DNA of 64,000 nt from the human T2T-CHM13v2.0 reference genome, Homo sapiens. Below the pieces are notes generated by a model, which was not told the origin of the DNA, made no database searches, and saw only the letters and a list, made by a program, of their open reading frames with translations. Each line of letters starts with the position of its first letter. Position 1 is the first letter of the stretch. Shown here in pieces: positions 30,175 to 44,623 of this stretch. The stretch is taken from NCBI RefSeq assembly GCF_009914755.1, contig NC_060932.1. One strand, written 5' to 3'. Made by a program: the position numbers and the translations under genes.

Positions 30175-31929
30175 GTAATCTTTTGATGTGGAAATATATT
30201 CTTATAACTCATAAATGAGAAGTAATATTATAAAAATAATGGGTCCAATGATATTAAATCCCATTACAATGTAATATAACTAACCAGTGTTTTTTTTTTC
30301 AGCCATATTATAGAAAGTAAAACAGACTATTGGAAGATTCATTGACACAAAAGCAATGGTCGATATGTCATTCTTTTTTGGTCTGGTGTAATTTCTTATT
30401 GTTTTGTGATGGATTTATTAACAGAAGAAACACACAGACAAGTCCAATAGTAATTGAGTTATAGTCATACAACTTTATTACTAGAGGTCTTTATTACTTA
30501 ATCTAACTGTCTCATTTTGTGTATAAAAACACCTGAGGCCTAGAGATCACAAAGCTTAGTCAGGGTCAGGAGTAGAACACAGTCTCGTAACACAGTTTTG
30601 ACACATTTTCTACTGCTTCATGATGTACAGGCAAGTGCTGAAACCAAACATTGTCAATAACTCATTAACAGGCCAAGCTTTGAATCCTGTTTTGTCCATT
30701 TGCCAGCTGTGAACTAGATAGTAACCTTGGCTAGTTAGCTAATGTCAAAAAAATAATTGTCCACATTTTGGACTAAAAACTAGCGTTGTCACTAGAGTTT
30801 CCTCCTGTAGCATAGATGGTGTTATTTCAGTCCTGCCTTTAAAGACTGAAAGTCCTGTTTATTTCCTACAGAAAAAAGTGTAGACTCATGATTATGGCTT
30901 TCAAGATATTTTATGTTTATCAAACTCATGCATAAAACAGGTAAATGGATAAGTTAAACAATTCAGATAGACACTCAGCAATTAGAGAATTTTTTGAATG
31001 CTGTAAAGGTGAGGTATATATACACACACATACAAATACATAATTTTGTAAAACAAGCAATTTAAAAGGTTTTAATGAGTGAAATAAAGATTTATCTGGA
31101 ATTCTATAGAATAGAACCTTTAATTAAATCACATTTGTATGCATCTATAATTTCTGAAAATATTCATACTAATTCCTTATGTGTAATAAAAGAACTTCCA
31201 AGTAGAGATATTTAACATTTTATATGTACAGATTAGTAGAAGTAAAAATTTTGTCTGCTTCAACATAGTTGAGCATTAGGAATGGTTTATATTCTAATTC
31301 TTAGACAGGTTTTTCTAAGTCATCCGTTCCCATAATGAAGCCAGGAAATAGAAAGTTTAACTTTCAAAAAGAGATTCCTTTTTTCCCCCACTGAAACTGG
31401 AATTTATTTCTGCTTAATATAAAGATTTGGATGGAAATTATTCCATGAAATCACAGAATTGCAGTGAGATGGGACATTAGAGGTCGGGCTACCTAATCCT
31501 TGTACTTTGGAAATCCTGAGCTATTATATGTAAATATAGAATTTTTTCACACATCTATTAATGTTTGGGCAAGAAAGTCTTGGAGCTGCATTTGTCTCAT
31601 TTCTCCCATGTTAATTATGATACCAGGGCTCCCAAGGCAATTTATTATGCCTGGATTCTGTTAGTAGGGAGGGAGTTGAGAGCAATGGGCTGTGTTCTGG
31701 GCAGGAATTCAGGAGACCTGCTTCTCACAAATCTTGTCCATTCAACTAAATCTCCAAATTCAGACCAGGTAGAAATTATAGAGGACATGCAAATGGATAG
31801 AGGGATTAGTGCTTACTAAGCAGCTTTTGATCTAAAAGATCAGGTAAAAAGAATTCTAAAAAGTATGTATTAAAGACCAAATAGGGTGGTTTTACTCTAG
31901 ATACGCATACCCAGATCACTGTGTGGATT

Positions 31930-32150
31930 ACCAACTGTGGTTAAGAATACTGACTGCAGCCAAATTGTCTGAGTTGGAATTCTTGCTCTACCCGTTATTG
32001 TCTGCAGGCTTGGGCAATCTGCTTAAGCTTTCTGTTTCAGTTTTTTCATCTGTAAAATTGAAGGATAATAGTTACTAACTCATAAGATGGTTGCAAGGAT
32101 TAAACATCATAGGAACCTATAAGTGTTAGCTCCTAAATTTATTATTTAGC
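31930..32150 (+). mobile_element. MIR fragment
   Basis: GTGGTTAAGAATACTGACT...TTGGGCAATCTGCTTAAGC...CATCTGTAAAATTG. Confidence 0.75.
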
Positions 32151-33040
32151 TAGAATAAGGCAGGAGGTTAGGAGAATTTAAATCCATGAATGTGTATAAT
32201 GGGTACAATAATTCAGTTTACTTGCTTTGCAATCCTAATGTAATGATCAAATGAAGGGACTTATGTGTAAAAGTATATTAAAAAGTTCAAAATTTTCTGC
32301 AAACAAAAGTCCTTATTTTTTATAGTTCAAGTTTGTATCTGGCCTTATTTTGAGTCTGGGATTTGCTGTCCCAAAAGCTGATAGTTTATTCTGGTGTTGT
32401 AAAGAATCTAACACCAATCAGTCACCTGCCAGCCTCCAATAGCATCAGGTACTATCAGCTTCCAAGTAATAGGTCAGACCCAATCACCTGAGGAAATATG
32501 AAGGCAGATGTTTTCCCTGCAGCTGAACTCTGGCTCTTCTCAGCTTCTTATTTTCATTTATGTGTCACTGATGCTGTTAGACATCCTCTTTCTCATGATA
32601 ACTTTGTGCTGTCTGTGCTGTTTACCTTAATTCCTATAGTACAAAACCTATTACAAAATTGTTTTTGAGTTGATTGAACTTCAGATGGATGACTTTATTA
32701 TCTGTTTCTATGTTGTCTTTTCTTGTAGTATTTAACACCTCTAACACACCAAATATGTTATGATTATCATGTTTTATTCATCTTTCCCAGTTAAAATGTC
32801 AGCTCCCCAAGGGCAACAAAGGAACCTTTGTTAAGTTCACCGATGTGTGCCAGTACCTAGAACAGGGACTGCCACATAATAGAGGTTCAGTAGATGTTTT
32901 GTTGAATGCATGAGTGAGGGATAATAATAAGTGATTGAGAAAAAAAATTTAAGGGAACCAGTGAGTTGATGGGAGGAGTGCATTTTTGAAACAATTTGTT
33001 AAACATAACTTGATTTTTTCTAATAAAAATATTTGTACAG

Positions 33041-33094
33041 AGTTTACATTGGAGGAATGCCCTGTGAGCTTCTCATACCACAATCTGATAATTT
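33041..33094 (+). CDS. PKHD1L1: PKHD1L1 exon 7 (54 nt): RVYIGGMPCELLIPQSDN
   Basis: TTTGTACAG acceptor, TTT|GTAAGT donor, phase 2-2; TIG V-x-I-G-G-x-x-C motif. Confidence 0.96.
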
Positions 33095-33622
33095 GTAAGT
33101 AATTCAAATTATTTTCTTTACAAAAACAAATAGCAGATATAAGCATACTAAATTTAAATAGTAATTGCTACCAATACTGCATAGCTAAATGGTTTATAAT
33201 ACAGTATAAATTATAATATTCCACATAGCGCATTAGCAATCATTTTTACAGTTAGGTGCTACCTTACAGTTAGGTCTCCAAGATAGTATGATATGAACTA
33301 TTTAGATTTTTATGAAAAAAGATGTTTTGAGCAATATCTTTACCAAGCAATTATTTCATTTGGCAGTATCTCAAAGTCTTTTAAAGGAATATTAAAGGGC
33401 ATAGTCAAATTAATTATAAAATATTTTATTGTTGTATAAAATTTTATGCAAACATCTTCAACAAAGTCTGGGAAATAGTTTTATTTTACAGAAATTTTGG
33501 TTGTAGCAACAATTTCTGTCCTGATTCATATTCTGAAATTAATGAGTAGTTTTTAAGAGAAACACAATATTCTAAAATTTTAGTGTCTATATAAGCTTTG
33601 ACATTAACTTTTTTTTAATTAG

Positions 33623-33696
33623 ATATGGTCTAAAACTGGATCATCCAAATGGAGATATGGGTTCTATGGTTTGTAAGACGACTGGAACTTTTATTG
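33623..33696 (+). CDS. PKHD1L1: PKHD1L1 exon 8 (74 nt): LYGLKLDHPNGDMGSMVCKTTGTFI, followed by a GC donor
   Basis: TTTAATTAG acceptor; TTG|GCAAGT donor keeps the frame into exon 9 (TFIG-HHNV). Confidence 0.93.
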
Positions 33697-34010
33697 GCAA
33701 GTGTTGGTCATCTTTCTTCATAATGCTCACAGATGCCTTATTCTATTTCCCTGTTTTGTATTCTCCTAGACCTCCCTCCTCTGCCCTTTTGGATCAGGTG
33801 TTTTTGTTTGTTTGTTTTTTGTATTTTCTCTTTTCCTTGGCTTCTTTTCACTTTCATGCAAACATGTATGAATCAGTATTTTCTTATGGTTTATATATAA
33901 GGTAAACTTCCTCAGGTTTCTCTTTCTTCTTCTTTCTCCCTACAGCATTCCGTGTCTAATTTGGCTATTTTGCCTGTTGCCTTAATTTTGCTCTGTTCTT
34001 TTCTTCTTGA

Positions 34011-34388
<378 letters not shown>

Positions 34389-34999
34389 TGAATGGGCTTC
34401 CCTCTCTTCTGTCTCAGGCCCTTTGCAAACTTCCTATCCTGAACATTTCAGATAAAATGCCATGTTCTCAAAAAGGCCTAGGTCATCACTTGTCTTACAT
34501 TCTCAAAGCTCATACTACTTTTTTTTTTTAAATAGCATTATCACAATTTTTAGTTCTCTGTGTCATTGCTCTTGGCTAATGTTTCCTTCCTCTAGACAAT
34601 ATGTTCTGTTATAGAAGAAGGACAAGCTGTGTGCTCACCCCACATCTGCTCTCTCAGCCTCTAGCAGAGTGTCTGAACAGTTAAATAGCTGTTAAATAAA
34701 TAAAAGAAATTTCAGAGCAATATGGTTACATATCTGTTCTTTTATTATTCTTCATTCATGATCATATTTTGTTATGTGTTTCTGGTTATAACTTCAAGAC
34801 ACCTTATTACGTATATTTTTATATAGTGGCTGCTTTAGGATAGTTCAATTTTTATTTCTTTGATGATGAATATAAAATTGGATAAATACAATTTTGATTT
34901 TGTACTTTTTCTCTGCTTTTAAATCAGCTTTATAATATAGAGTTATTGTTCTTCTGTGACTGGGAATTTAATTGATTGTGTATTTTCATTAAATTCCAG

Positions 35000-35042
35000 G
35001 TCATCACAATGTCAGCTTCATCTTAGATAATGATTATGGAAG
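35000..35042 (+). CDS. PKHD1L1: PKHD1L1 exon 9 (43 nt): GHHNVSFILDNDYG
   Basis: ATTCCAG acceptor, AAG|GTAGGC donor; phases fit exons 8 and 10. Confidence 0.95.
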
Positions 35043-35644
35043 GTAGGCTATTTTGTAAATAATAACTTTTATAATTGATTCAACAGGGTAAATAAGATAA
35101 AATGTATATTTAGTTTGTGCTGTAGATGCAGAGGTTTAAAAATTAACTACTTTTTTTCCCCAATTAACAGTTAAAGAGTCTGTACCTTCTTTTCACTCAC
35201 AATTTATGCTTCATACATAACCTTTCTGTTGTAGGGAAATCTAGCATTAACTAAAATAACATAAAAATCTTTACTTGTGTTATGGAAAAATATTATTTTA
35301 TGTCCTGCAGCTTTTCTGATTTAATTGTAACTTTTTAAATAACTAAAGTAATTAAATTTAGATTTAAACTAATGGAAGAATAAAAAAAACCTCATGGTTA
35401 ATATTACCTGATAAAGATTTTCTTTTAAGTTATCAAGACATAGAGAGTTGTGAAAGATGGTAGTTATATCTTTCAATTGTTCATCTTAACAGCAATATTA
35501 ATAACTCATATTTATGACTTCTAATAAAACTAGAACTCATTTCCAGATGTTCTACATTCTAATTTCAATAAGAAAGATCATCATACATTTATAGAAACAT
35601 CAGAATATGCAAATCTCAATGCATGTTGAAACCCCATATTATAG

Positions 35645-35900
35645 ATAATAATAGTGAACATTTAGCAGCAGGCATGGTATTAAGCACTTTACATACATTA
35701 TCAAGTTTAATCCTCCCAAAGAAGCTCCCAAGGATAAACCGAGTGTTATCATCTACCCTGTGTTACCCACTGGGAAAATGAGACTTAGGAACATTAGGTA
35801 ATTTGCCTAGGGATTTTCAGCTAGTAGGAAGCAGCATTAGTGTGCAAACCCATGCCATCTAACTCTAGGACCTGAGCATTTTATTCCAGTGCTTTGCCAT
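35645..35900 (-). mobile_element. MIR
   Basis: ATAATAGTGAACATTTAG...AAGCACTTTACATACATTATC...TAATTTGCCTAGG. Confidence 0.75.
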
Positions 35901-35974
35901 GACTGATGGAGCAGTTCAGCAACCAGTACCACATTTCATCACTGCTTACCATCCTGATCCAGGATTTCATACCA

Positions 35975-36142
35975 TAGCAGGATTTCCCCACTCTTGGGAG
36001 CATTTGCAAATGTGTGAAGAATCCCCTGGCTGTCATAGTAACTGGGTATGTTAATGGCCTTTAGTGGGCAGTATCATGATGTGCCAAACCCAAATTAATT
36101 GTTCTGCCCAAGATGTCATAGTGTCTCCCATTGAGAAAGCGA
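35975..36142. mobile_element. MER20B-like hAT-Charlie fragment
   Basis: TGGCCTTTAGTGGGCAG...TTCTGCCCAAGATGTCA...CCATTGAGAAA. Confidence 0.55.
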
Positions 36143-38442
36143 GTTGACAGAAACCCATATAAATTGCATTATTTAACACTCAATCCTAATATAGCTATAG
36201 TAGATTAATAATAGGAAAGATCCGGTAATTTCTTTTTTGTCTCTGAACAATGATCAGAAGTCTGAAAAAAATGGCAATATTACAATCTAAGTAGATGTTA
36301 TTCCTAGTAGCACTCACAGACTACAAGTGAAGGATGAGATTTTGTCCCTTCATGTATGGAACTGCAATTGGTTTGTGAACTCAAGTACACTATCATTGTA
36401 TTTAGAGATCATCTACTTCTAGACACCTAGAGGCAATCGGTGTCATTATAACAAATTGATGCCTGGCTGGACACTTTATTATAGACCAATATAGGCTAGA
36501 CCAAAACTAAGAGTAAATCAGAGTGGAAGATATATAAATGATGCTAGGATACACCTTTGTGATTTACATGGGACACATGACTTAGGGTCCCATAACTTAA
36601 CAGTTATTCTCCTTAGGGATGACCTACTTACATACGACTTGATAAGACACGGCAACAGGATTTTGTTGAACGTATTAGAAAACCATGTTAGGAACAATAA
36701 TTATTGAGTTTTAAATTATTTTTTGAACTACATATGATTTTTTTAAATGCTCTTAGTAGCAACCTTCCCAAGGTGAAAGAAAAATGAATTCTTAGTTCTG
36801 AGTCTGTATGAAAGGCATTAATTGCCAAATCCATCATATGTCTCTCAGAGAAATAATTATCCAAAAATAGAAGGTTTGAGTGATCAAGGTTGAACGTGAT
36901 TGATAAGTACCCATAAATCAATATGCTGCATTAACATGCCCAGAAACTTTCAATTTAGAAATGCCAGGAAATTCACATATAATATAAGCAAAAATACTGC
37001 ATTAAATTGTTGATTCTGTGGACTCAATTTATAATTCCACCCCCCACCCATTTTTTTTTAAAGCCAACAGCTATCCCTTTGTACAAATGTCTTAGAATTG
37101 AGGAAATTTGTGTTTCTGTATAAAGTATTCTTATGAATTTAAGATAACAGAAATATGACATTTATGATTTAAAATCCTAGTTTTAAGATTACATTTAGGT
37201 AATCTTACATTAAGATTACCTAAAAAGATAAAAAATCTTACATTTTGAATCTTACATTCAAAAAATACATTATTTTTTGAATGTTAAATCATTCATTAAC
37301 TTATAAAATTCATATTTCACAAATTTCATGAGCATTGTTGAATATCAAACAAACCAATTAAAGGCCTTTCTGTGGCATCTATTCTGTATTTCTTTTAATA
37401 GCCAACCTTCTCTCCTCTATTACCCCAAGTTCAAACAACAGCTGTTCCCAACTGATAAGGTTCAGACGAAGCTGCCTTAATTGAGAAATGCCTAGTCATT
37501 ATCAATGAATTAGTGAAAATAACCTCAGTGTCATCCAAAATAAATTACATTCAAATTTTATTTCAGGAGGCAATTTCCCCACTAACTTAAGAAGCAGAGT
37601 TAATTTTTGAGATGCAGGATCTGACCAGACACAGTATCGCTGGAGCTAGCATCGTTTCAGATCTTTGGGAAATCAGCCAAAAGGCTTCTGACATAAAAAT
37701 ATGAAATCTAGTATGAATTTCTTAAGTAACTAATCTAGCATAAAATATTTCCAGAGACTCTTTAGTCTTGCAAATGAACATGGTAATGCCTGGGTTAGAT
37801 TTACAGGAGCATTAATTGTTGGTCTCGGTGACAAGATTTACATTATTCTTTTAGATTCTAATTCAGTGTGATTATGATGAATGAGATTTGAGTCTTAATA
37901 TTTGAATTTCTTAACTTTTCTAGTGGAGAACGTCTTGAAGGTAATTAAAGTAACAGCATTTAATTTCCAGAATTATTTTCCTTCTTAATTCTTTAGGTTT
38001 ATAGAAGTATAAGTGTATATGTATGAATAATGGGCACTGTGTTTATTAAGGACAGTTTTAACCCAGTCAATTGTTGCTAATTTGCTGTCATCCATTTGCA
38101 GTGTCACACACATTAGTGGGCAGAGGAGTAGTACTGTGTAATACACACGTGAGGAGCCACAGCTCTGGACTCAAACTGCCTGGGTCCAGTTCTGTGTCTG
38201 CCACTTACTCACTGTGCGATCTTAAGTTAATTCTCTGAAATTTATCTACCTCATGTGGTTGATGTAAAGATCAAACGGCATAATCAATTGAAAGTTCTTA
38301 GCATGATCCCACCTCTTAGAACAAAAAGGAGGTTCTAAAAGAAGACAGACTGGGGCGGTCAGCGGAAGATCCCAGCCTTTATAAAGGGTAATCCTTTTGT
38401 ATGCTTTTTTATGTCAATATAATTTCTTAAAATCAACTGTAG

Positions 38443-38802
<360 letters not shown>

Positions 38803-38962
38803 TCACCAACAACCAAATCAAAATAAAGAACATTCTTATCTTCTCCCAAAAGTTCCATCGTGCTCTTTTGCAGATTATGACATAATTTCTATCACTGAAG
38901 TTAAAAAAATGTTCCTAAATTAAAGATCATTTAAAGCAGAAAATTTAATCTTTTTTTAACAG

Positions 38963-39033
38963 GAGTTTTCCACAGAAAATGGCATATTTTGTTTCTTCTC
39001 TCAATAAAATTGCAATGTTTCAAACATATGCAG
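38963..39033 (+). CDS. PKHD1L1: PKHD1L1 exon 10 (71 nt): RSFPQKMAYFVSSLNKIAMFQTYA
   Basis: TTTTTAACAG acceptor, CAG|GTATGT donor. Confidence 0.96.
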
Positions 39034-39364
39034 GTATGTGACTTTTCTTTCACTCTGTTGCGGGGGTGGTGGGAAGGCAGTGTATAATTGATTTAATCAA
39101 ACCAAAGACAATGAGTGTAAGGTGTATTATATTATTTGATGTACTGCTAGGAAAGGAAAAATCCCTAAGATGGGGAGTCTAACAGGAAGCTACAACATTA
39201 AGCATGACCTCCCCCACAGCAGACAATATTCTTAGTTTAAGATTGATTGAAAAATAAACTCATTACACTAACACAGACAGCAGGGAAATTTGCATGTTTC
39301 AACTTTGGCTATTGGTAGAGGGAGGGAAAAAATCTCCACTGTCAATCTTAACCAAAACCAGTAT

Positions 39365-39750
39365 AGATGCCTCTCAATTTACGATGGGGTGACCCCATCA
39401 TAAGTTGAAAATATTATTACATCGAAAATGCATTTAATCCACTGAATGTGTATTAGCTTAGCTTAGCTTTCCTTAAACGTGCTGAGAACACTCACATTGG
39501 CCTACAATTTGGCTAAATCATCTGACAACACAGTGCTCTGCAGAATACAGGTTGTTTACCCTCATCATTGTGTGACTGACTGGGGCTGCAGCTGGCTGTG
39601 CTGCTCAGCATCGGGAGAGAGTATTTACCGCATATCACTAGCCTGGGAAAAGATCAAAATTCTAAGTACTATATGGTTTCTACCAAATTCATTATTTTTA
39701 AATCATTGTAAAGTCAAAAAATGTAAAGTCTGGTAACTTGGAGACCATTT
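39365..39750 (+). mobile_element. MER47-family (Tigger-derived) MITE
   Basis: TTACGATGGGGT...AAGTTGAAAATAT...TAGCTTAGC...CCTTAAACGTGCT...GGGAAAAGATCAAAATTC match recalled MER47B. Confidence 0.75.
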
Positions 39751-40574
39751 AAGCTGTCTGAGATTTATGCTCTCAGTGTGGTTCAAAAGAATCCTCAAGA
39801 CAATCATAATTTAATTTAAAGAGGTTTCAGGTTGATAGTATCCCTTGGAGAATATCAGAACAAACACAAATCATCCTGAGAAAATTGTACGTCATTCCCG
39901 GTCAGGAATAATGGAAAGATCGTTTAGATTTCAAAGATGTTAAAAAAGGTGGGTCTTGGAATCAATCAAATGTGATAACTTTTTGTGAATCAATCAAATG
40001 TGAAACTTCCTAGAAGTTTATTTAGTGTGAAATTCATATGTAAGAATACATAGATATTTGATAGAGTTAATAAGGATAAATTTTAGTAAGAATCTGCCAT
40101 ATGTCATTTATTGGGCTATTTTACAATATAACTACAACTTATATATGCAAAGCCACAAGAAGTTCAATCATAGTTAAATGTGTTACTCTAAAAGAAAATT
40201 ATAAGAGGTTGGTCCATAAACATAGGAAAGATTCATTCTTCAAGAGCATATGGAAGAAGAGGTGGTTCTACCTGCCTTCGTGCTCAGCTCAGGTTTTCCT
40301 TACTTCTTTAATGCTCGCATTACCAATGTTGCTTTAATACCAGTCACCACTAAAGCCTGGTCCTCATGGAATGTAAGTCTCTGTCAATGCCATGTCTATT
40401 GTCCTTTTTTCAGGATTGCATCAGAGAAAGTAATGAAACACCTAATTCATGCAGTTGGTAATCTACTACCTGTGTTAGGCACTATGGCTAGGTAATTTGG
40501 AATTTTTAAAAAATCAGGTATTTGGGTTTATGTGTAATATTTATGATATTTTATTTAATGTGGTTTTCCCCCAG

Positions 40575-40685
40575 AGGTCACCATGATTTTCCCTTCACAA
40601 GGAAGCATTCGAGGTGGCACCACGCTGACAATAAGTGGGCGTTTCTTTGATCAGACAGATTTCCCCGTCAGAGTTCTAGTTGGAG
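40575..40685 (+). CDS. PKHD1L1: PKHD1L1 exon 11 (111 nt): EVTMIFPSQGSIRGGTTLTISGRFFDQTDFPVRVLVG
   Basis: TTTTCCCCCAG acceptor, GAG|GTATTT donor; classic TIG motif PxxGSxxGGTxLTISG. Confidence 0.97.
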
Positions 40686-41941
40686 GTATTTCTCATGGTT
40701 TTTGATATATTACTTTATTACCACAAATTCTGCCTGCTCTTTAATAATTTGTAATAATAATAATAGTCTTTTCTCAACTCATGCCTTCAATTGGAAGCTG
40801 AGTATTTTCACATAGTCATTTGGTTCTGGGATTTGATGCTCTTTCCATTGCAGTTTTCCAGCAAGGGTCACTCCCTGAAACCTCATGTGAATAGGACCTG
40901 AGCTCTAGGGATGGCACCAACAGGCTTTGTGTAGCAGCATTGTAGCTGCCATCCATGAATTCCTCGCCACAGTTTAAGGACACACCTACCCTTAATTTAG
41001 AAGCTCTTAAATGCCTTTTTTGAATGGTTGTTATTTCTCAGCGAGTTAGCTAATTGTGAGGAAATTTAAAGTAATATTTTGGTTATTCTCCTCATACTCT
41101 TCTCATATACTGTGCCTCATCTGGACATCAGTAATCACTGAAGATATTGGCCTTGGAAAGAGCAGTAATTTCAATGAGTTATCTGTTTACAAATCCATGT
41201 AGGGCTTGGCTCTGTGGTTATGCTTCACTTTTATGTGTCCTGTCCAGATCTGTTCAGAGGTAGGGAGCTATGCAGCTCAAAAGAGGTGAATGTGATTGTG
41301 GGAATCTTCCCATTCAGCCATAATGACATCACGTCTATTGCTAGGCAGGGGACAGGATGCCTGCCCATGCAACAAGGCATATGCATTTCCACAGTCCTCT
41401 TGCTCAAGTACTTTCTACCTTTTACAGATTCTGCCCACAAGCCAGCCAAAATGTGATTTCAGAAAAAAGAGAAATGGATATTAAGCAACCTCATGTAATA
41501 TTTATACAGTCTTCTTTCGTGTCTGCATGAATCCTTGCTGGTCATTGGCATACATATTAAAACCTGGGCCATAAATATTTAAAATTTGTATAATGTATTA
41601 ATCTGACCAGATTTTATGTTTTAAACATTAAAACCAGGGCCATAATGTACTTTTAATTTATATACTATGTTTTATAATCTGATCTTATGTTTATTTTGCA
41701 TACGACTATCATACAGTTGATATGAAAAGAGAACATATTAGTTTTCTATCATCTTTCACTACCATTAATATGGCAACCAGATTCAAGATTTTGAATCCTC
41801 AATAATCTCTTGAAAACATGATGTTTATGTGTCTTTCCTTTGCTTCCAATAAAATGGGTGATTGGTTTAATATACTGTTCCTATTTCCTTTTTTCTGGTT
41901 CAAATTTCTTGCATCCATAAAACACTCAAAATAGTGAAACG

Positions 41942-42281
<340 letters not shown>

Positions 42282-43006
42282 TTAAATTTTCCAGGCTATC
42301 AAACAAAACTTGGCAAAAATATCTCTCTCCATTTCCCTTGTCCTCACATTTCATGGGCTGCAATTGCCATTTCAGTGAATACTTTCTGAGGGCTGACCAT
42401 ATGTGAGGCATTGTGAGGAACACATGGAGGTTTAAAACATAGACTCTTCTCCTAAGTCTAATTGTGCTTATGTAAAAGTTACAATAGCTATCTTTTAGCC
42501 TTTTTTCCTGTTTTGGTTTCAGTCTGTCTGTGAAAATGCCATTTAACAATTATTATCCCCCTTTTTTTTTCATTTGAAGAACTTGGACTAAGCCAGCACT
42601 TTTTTCTACTGAAGAGGTCTAGGGTCATCTACCTTTGCAAATTCTGAATGACATGGGTTTATTCAGCAACTTCTCTCCAAGGAACAAAATATAAGTTTTT
42701 ACTTTGAATTCAGAAGTAACATTTTGTGCAAAGACATAGTATTATCAAATTTTTTATCTCAGAAATTATGAAATTTTCTATCTCAGTCTTGTGATTTTCC
42801 ACCAGAAAAAAATGTTGCTTTTTGGAAGTATGACAATTATTATGTGAAAAGCTTTAATAGAGAATATGTAAAGGAAATAAAGAGCCCTAATTTTGCCTCT
42901 TGTTTATGCAACTTTGTTTTAATTGCAAAAGTGCTTAAAGATACACTGATGTGATTTGCATTCTGAAGTTTCAGTAGTAACGGTTTTGTATCTTGCTTCT
43001 CTATAG

Positions 43007-43096
43007 GTGAACCTTGTGATATTTTGAATGTCACAGAAAATAGTATATGTTGCAAGACACCCCCCAAACCTCATATTCTCAAAACTGTATATCCAG
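43007..43096 (+). CDS. PKHD1L1: PKHD1L1 exon 12 (90 nt): GEPCDILNVTENSICCKTPPKPHILKTVYP
   Basis: CTTCTCTATAG acceptor, CAG|GTAAGT donor. Confidence 0.97.
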
Positions 43097-44299
43097 GTAA
43101 GTTACCATAAGGGACAATGGCCATTTCTATATTCACATAAAAAGAATATATTAGTAAAAAATATTATTTAAATTTTTAGAATTTAGAATTTGTAGTAAGA
43201 ATTGTAAGAAATTTCCTCCAAGTTTTAAAATTTACATTTTCTGGATTAGAAAATATTTCTATTAAAATAGCTGCCACAAAGCTGTACCTATGGAGAAAAA
43301 CCCAGCCTAAATTATCAAGACACCCTACTGAAAATAGCACATCTCTACTGACAGAGTTTAATTATGCTTTTATTTCTAATTAAATTATGATAACTAAAAC
43401 TTGGTATAGTCTACATAGAAATTTTTTAAATGCCTTTTTCTGATTAAAAAAAGATAAATAGGGGAAGTTAAATATTCACTTGTCTAGAATAATGTGGGAG
43501 TGAAAACAGGAGATGAGAGAAATGTTACTCTAAATTCTTTTCAGACTTACACCTTGTGGCTCAGTGAAATTGCTTTCCTATCTACACTAATATCATTGAA
43601 ATGCTGTACATGTGTCTGCGTGTGGTGTGTATCTCATATCTTGTTCGCACCGTGAATGTTGTTTATAATCGTGTCATTGTTTCACATTTGAAGCCAAATG
43701 AATCGTTTATGAACCTCTTAAATTTGTTTGGTTTGAATATTAGAAAAAAATGAACAGTTTAAGAAAATAATTTTGATAATTTATAATTGATGACTTTAAA
43801 GAAAATTGTGTATATCACTAGACACTGCTTCTGTGAAAGTTTGAAGTGCTCAAAGCTTATCTTCAACCAAATTCAGCTGAAGAAGGGTAGCCATTATTTT
43901 CCACATACAGAAAAGCTTAAGGCTGCTAAAGGAAGAAGTAAGCCTAATTGTTGTTGCAGTTGAAGGAAAAAAAAAAGAGAGATGGCTCTTTTCTGATTAG
44001 GAAAAAATTTAATCACAGGGTTTATTCTGGCAAGTATAGGTACAGTTTATTGAGAGTATCCTGTTTTTGATTCTGTCCAAGAAGGAGAAGAAATCCTAGA
44101 GTAGAAGTAATGTTTTTTTTAAAAAGTAAAACAAACATTGAGAGAAATCTGAAAGCCAACAATTTCTCTTCTCTGATTAATGGCTTTGTAAGCCATTAAT
44201 TTACTTTTGTTAGAATAGTCAAGGCAAAGGTTTTGTAATAAAATGGCATGAATCTTGAAGTTTCGCAACATCAGTTATATCATAATAATTACTATATAT

Positions 44300-44470
44300 T
44301 ATCTTACATAAAGCACTTTTTAAATGCCAGCTGTTTTACATGTGTATTATACATAATCCCTATAGCACCCATGCAAATATTATTATTACTCCCATTTTAC
44401 ATATGTGGAAACTGAGGCTCAAATAAGTGAAGTAATAATGAACAAATTACAGACTGCCCTCTGGCTGCAG
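44300..44470 (-). mobile_element. MIR fragment
   Basis: CCCATTTTACATATGTGGAAACTGAGGCTCA core. Confidence 0.75.
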
Positions 44471-44623
44471 ATACGTGTAGGGGAATGTGTAATTGTTTTG
44501 TCTGCACACATACTAAAAATATGAATTGATATACAAAATCTATAACCAACATCCAAATAGAAAGCCATTGAGGCATTGCATTATGATCCTGATGAAAGTC
44601 TTATTTTATTTCATTACACTTAG

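Noticed and set aside
38959-38965. NAGNAG acceptors at exons 10, 13 and 18 (CAGGAG / TAGGAG)
   Set aside because: The distal site is GAG, which is rarely used as an acceptor
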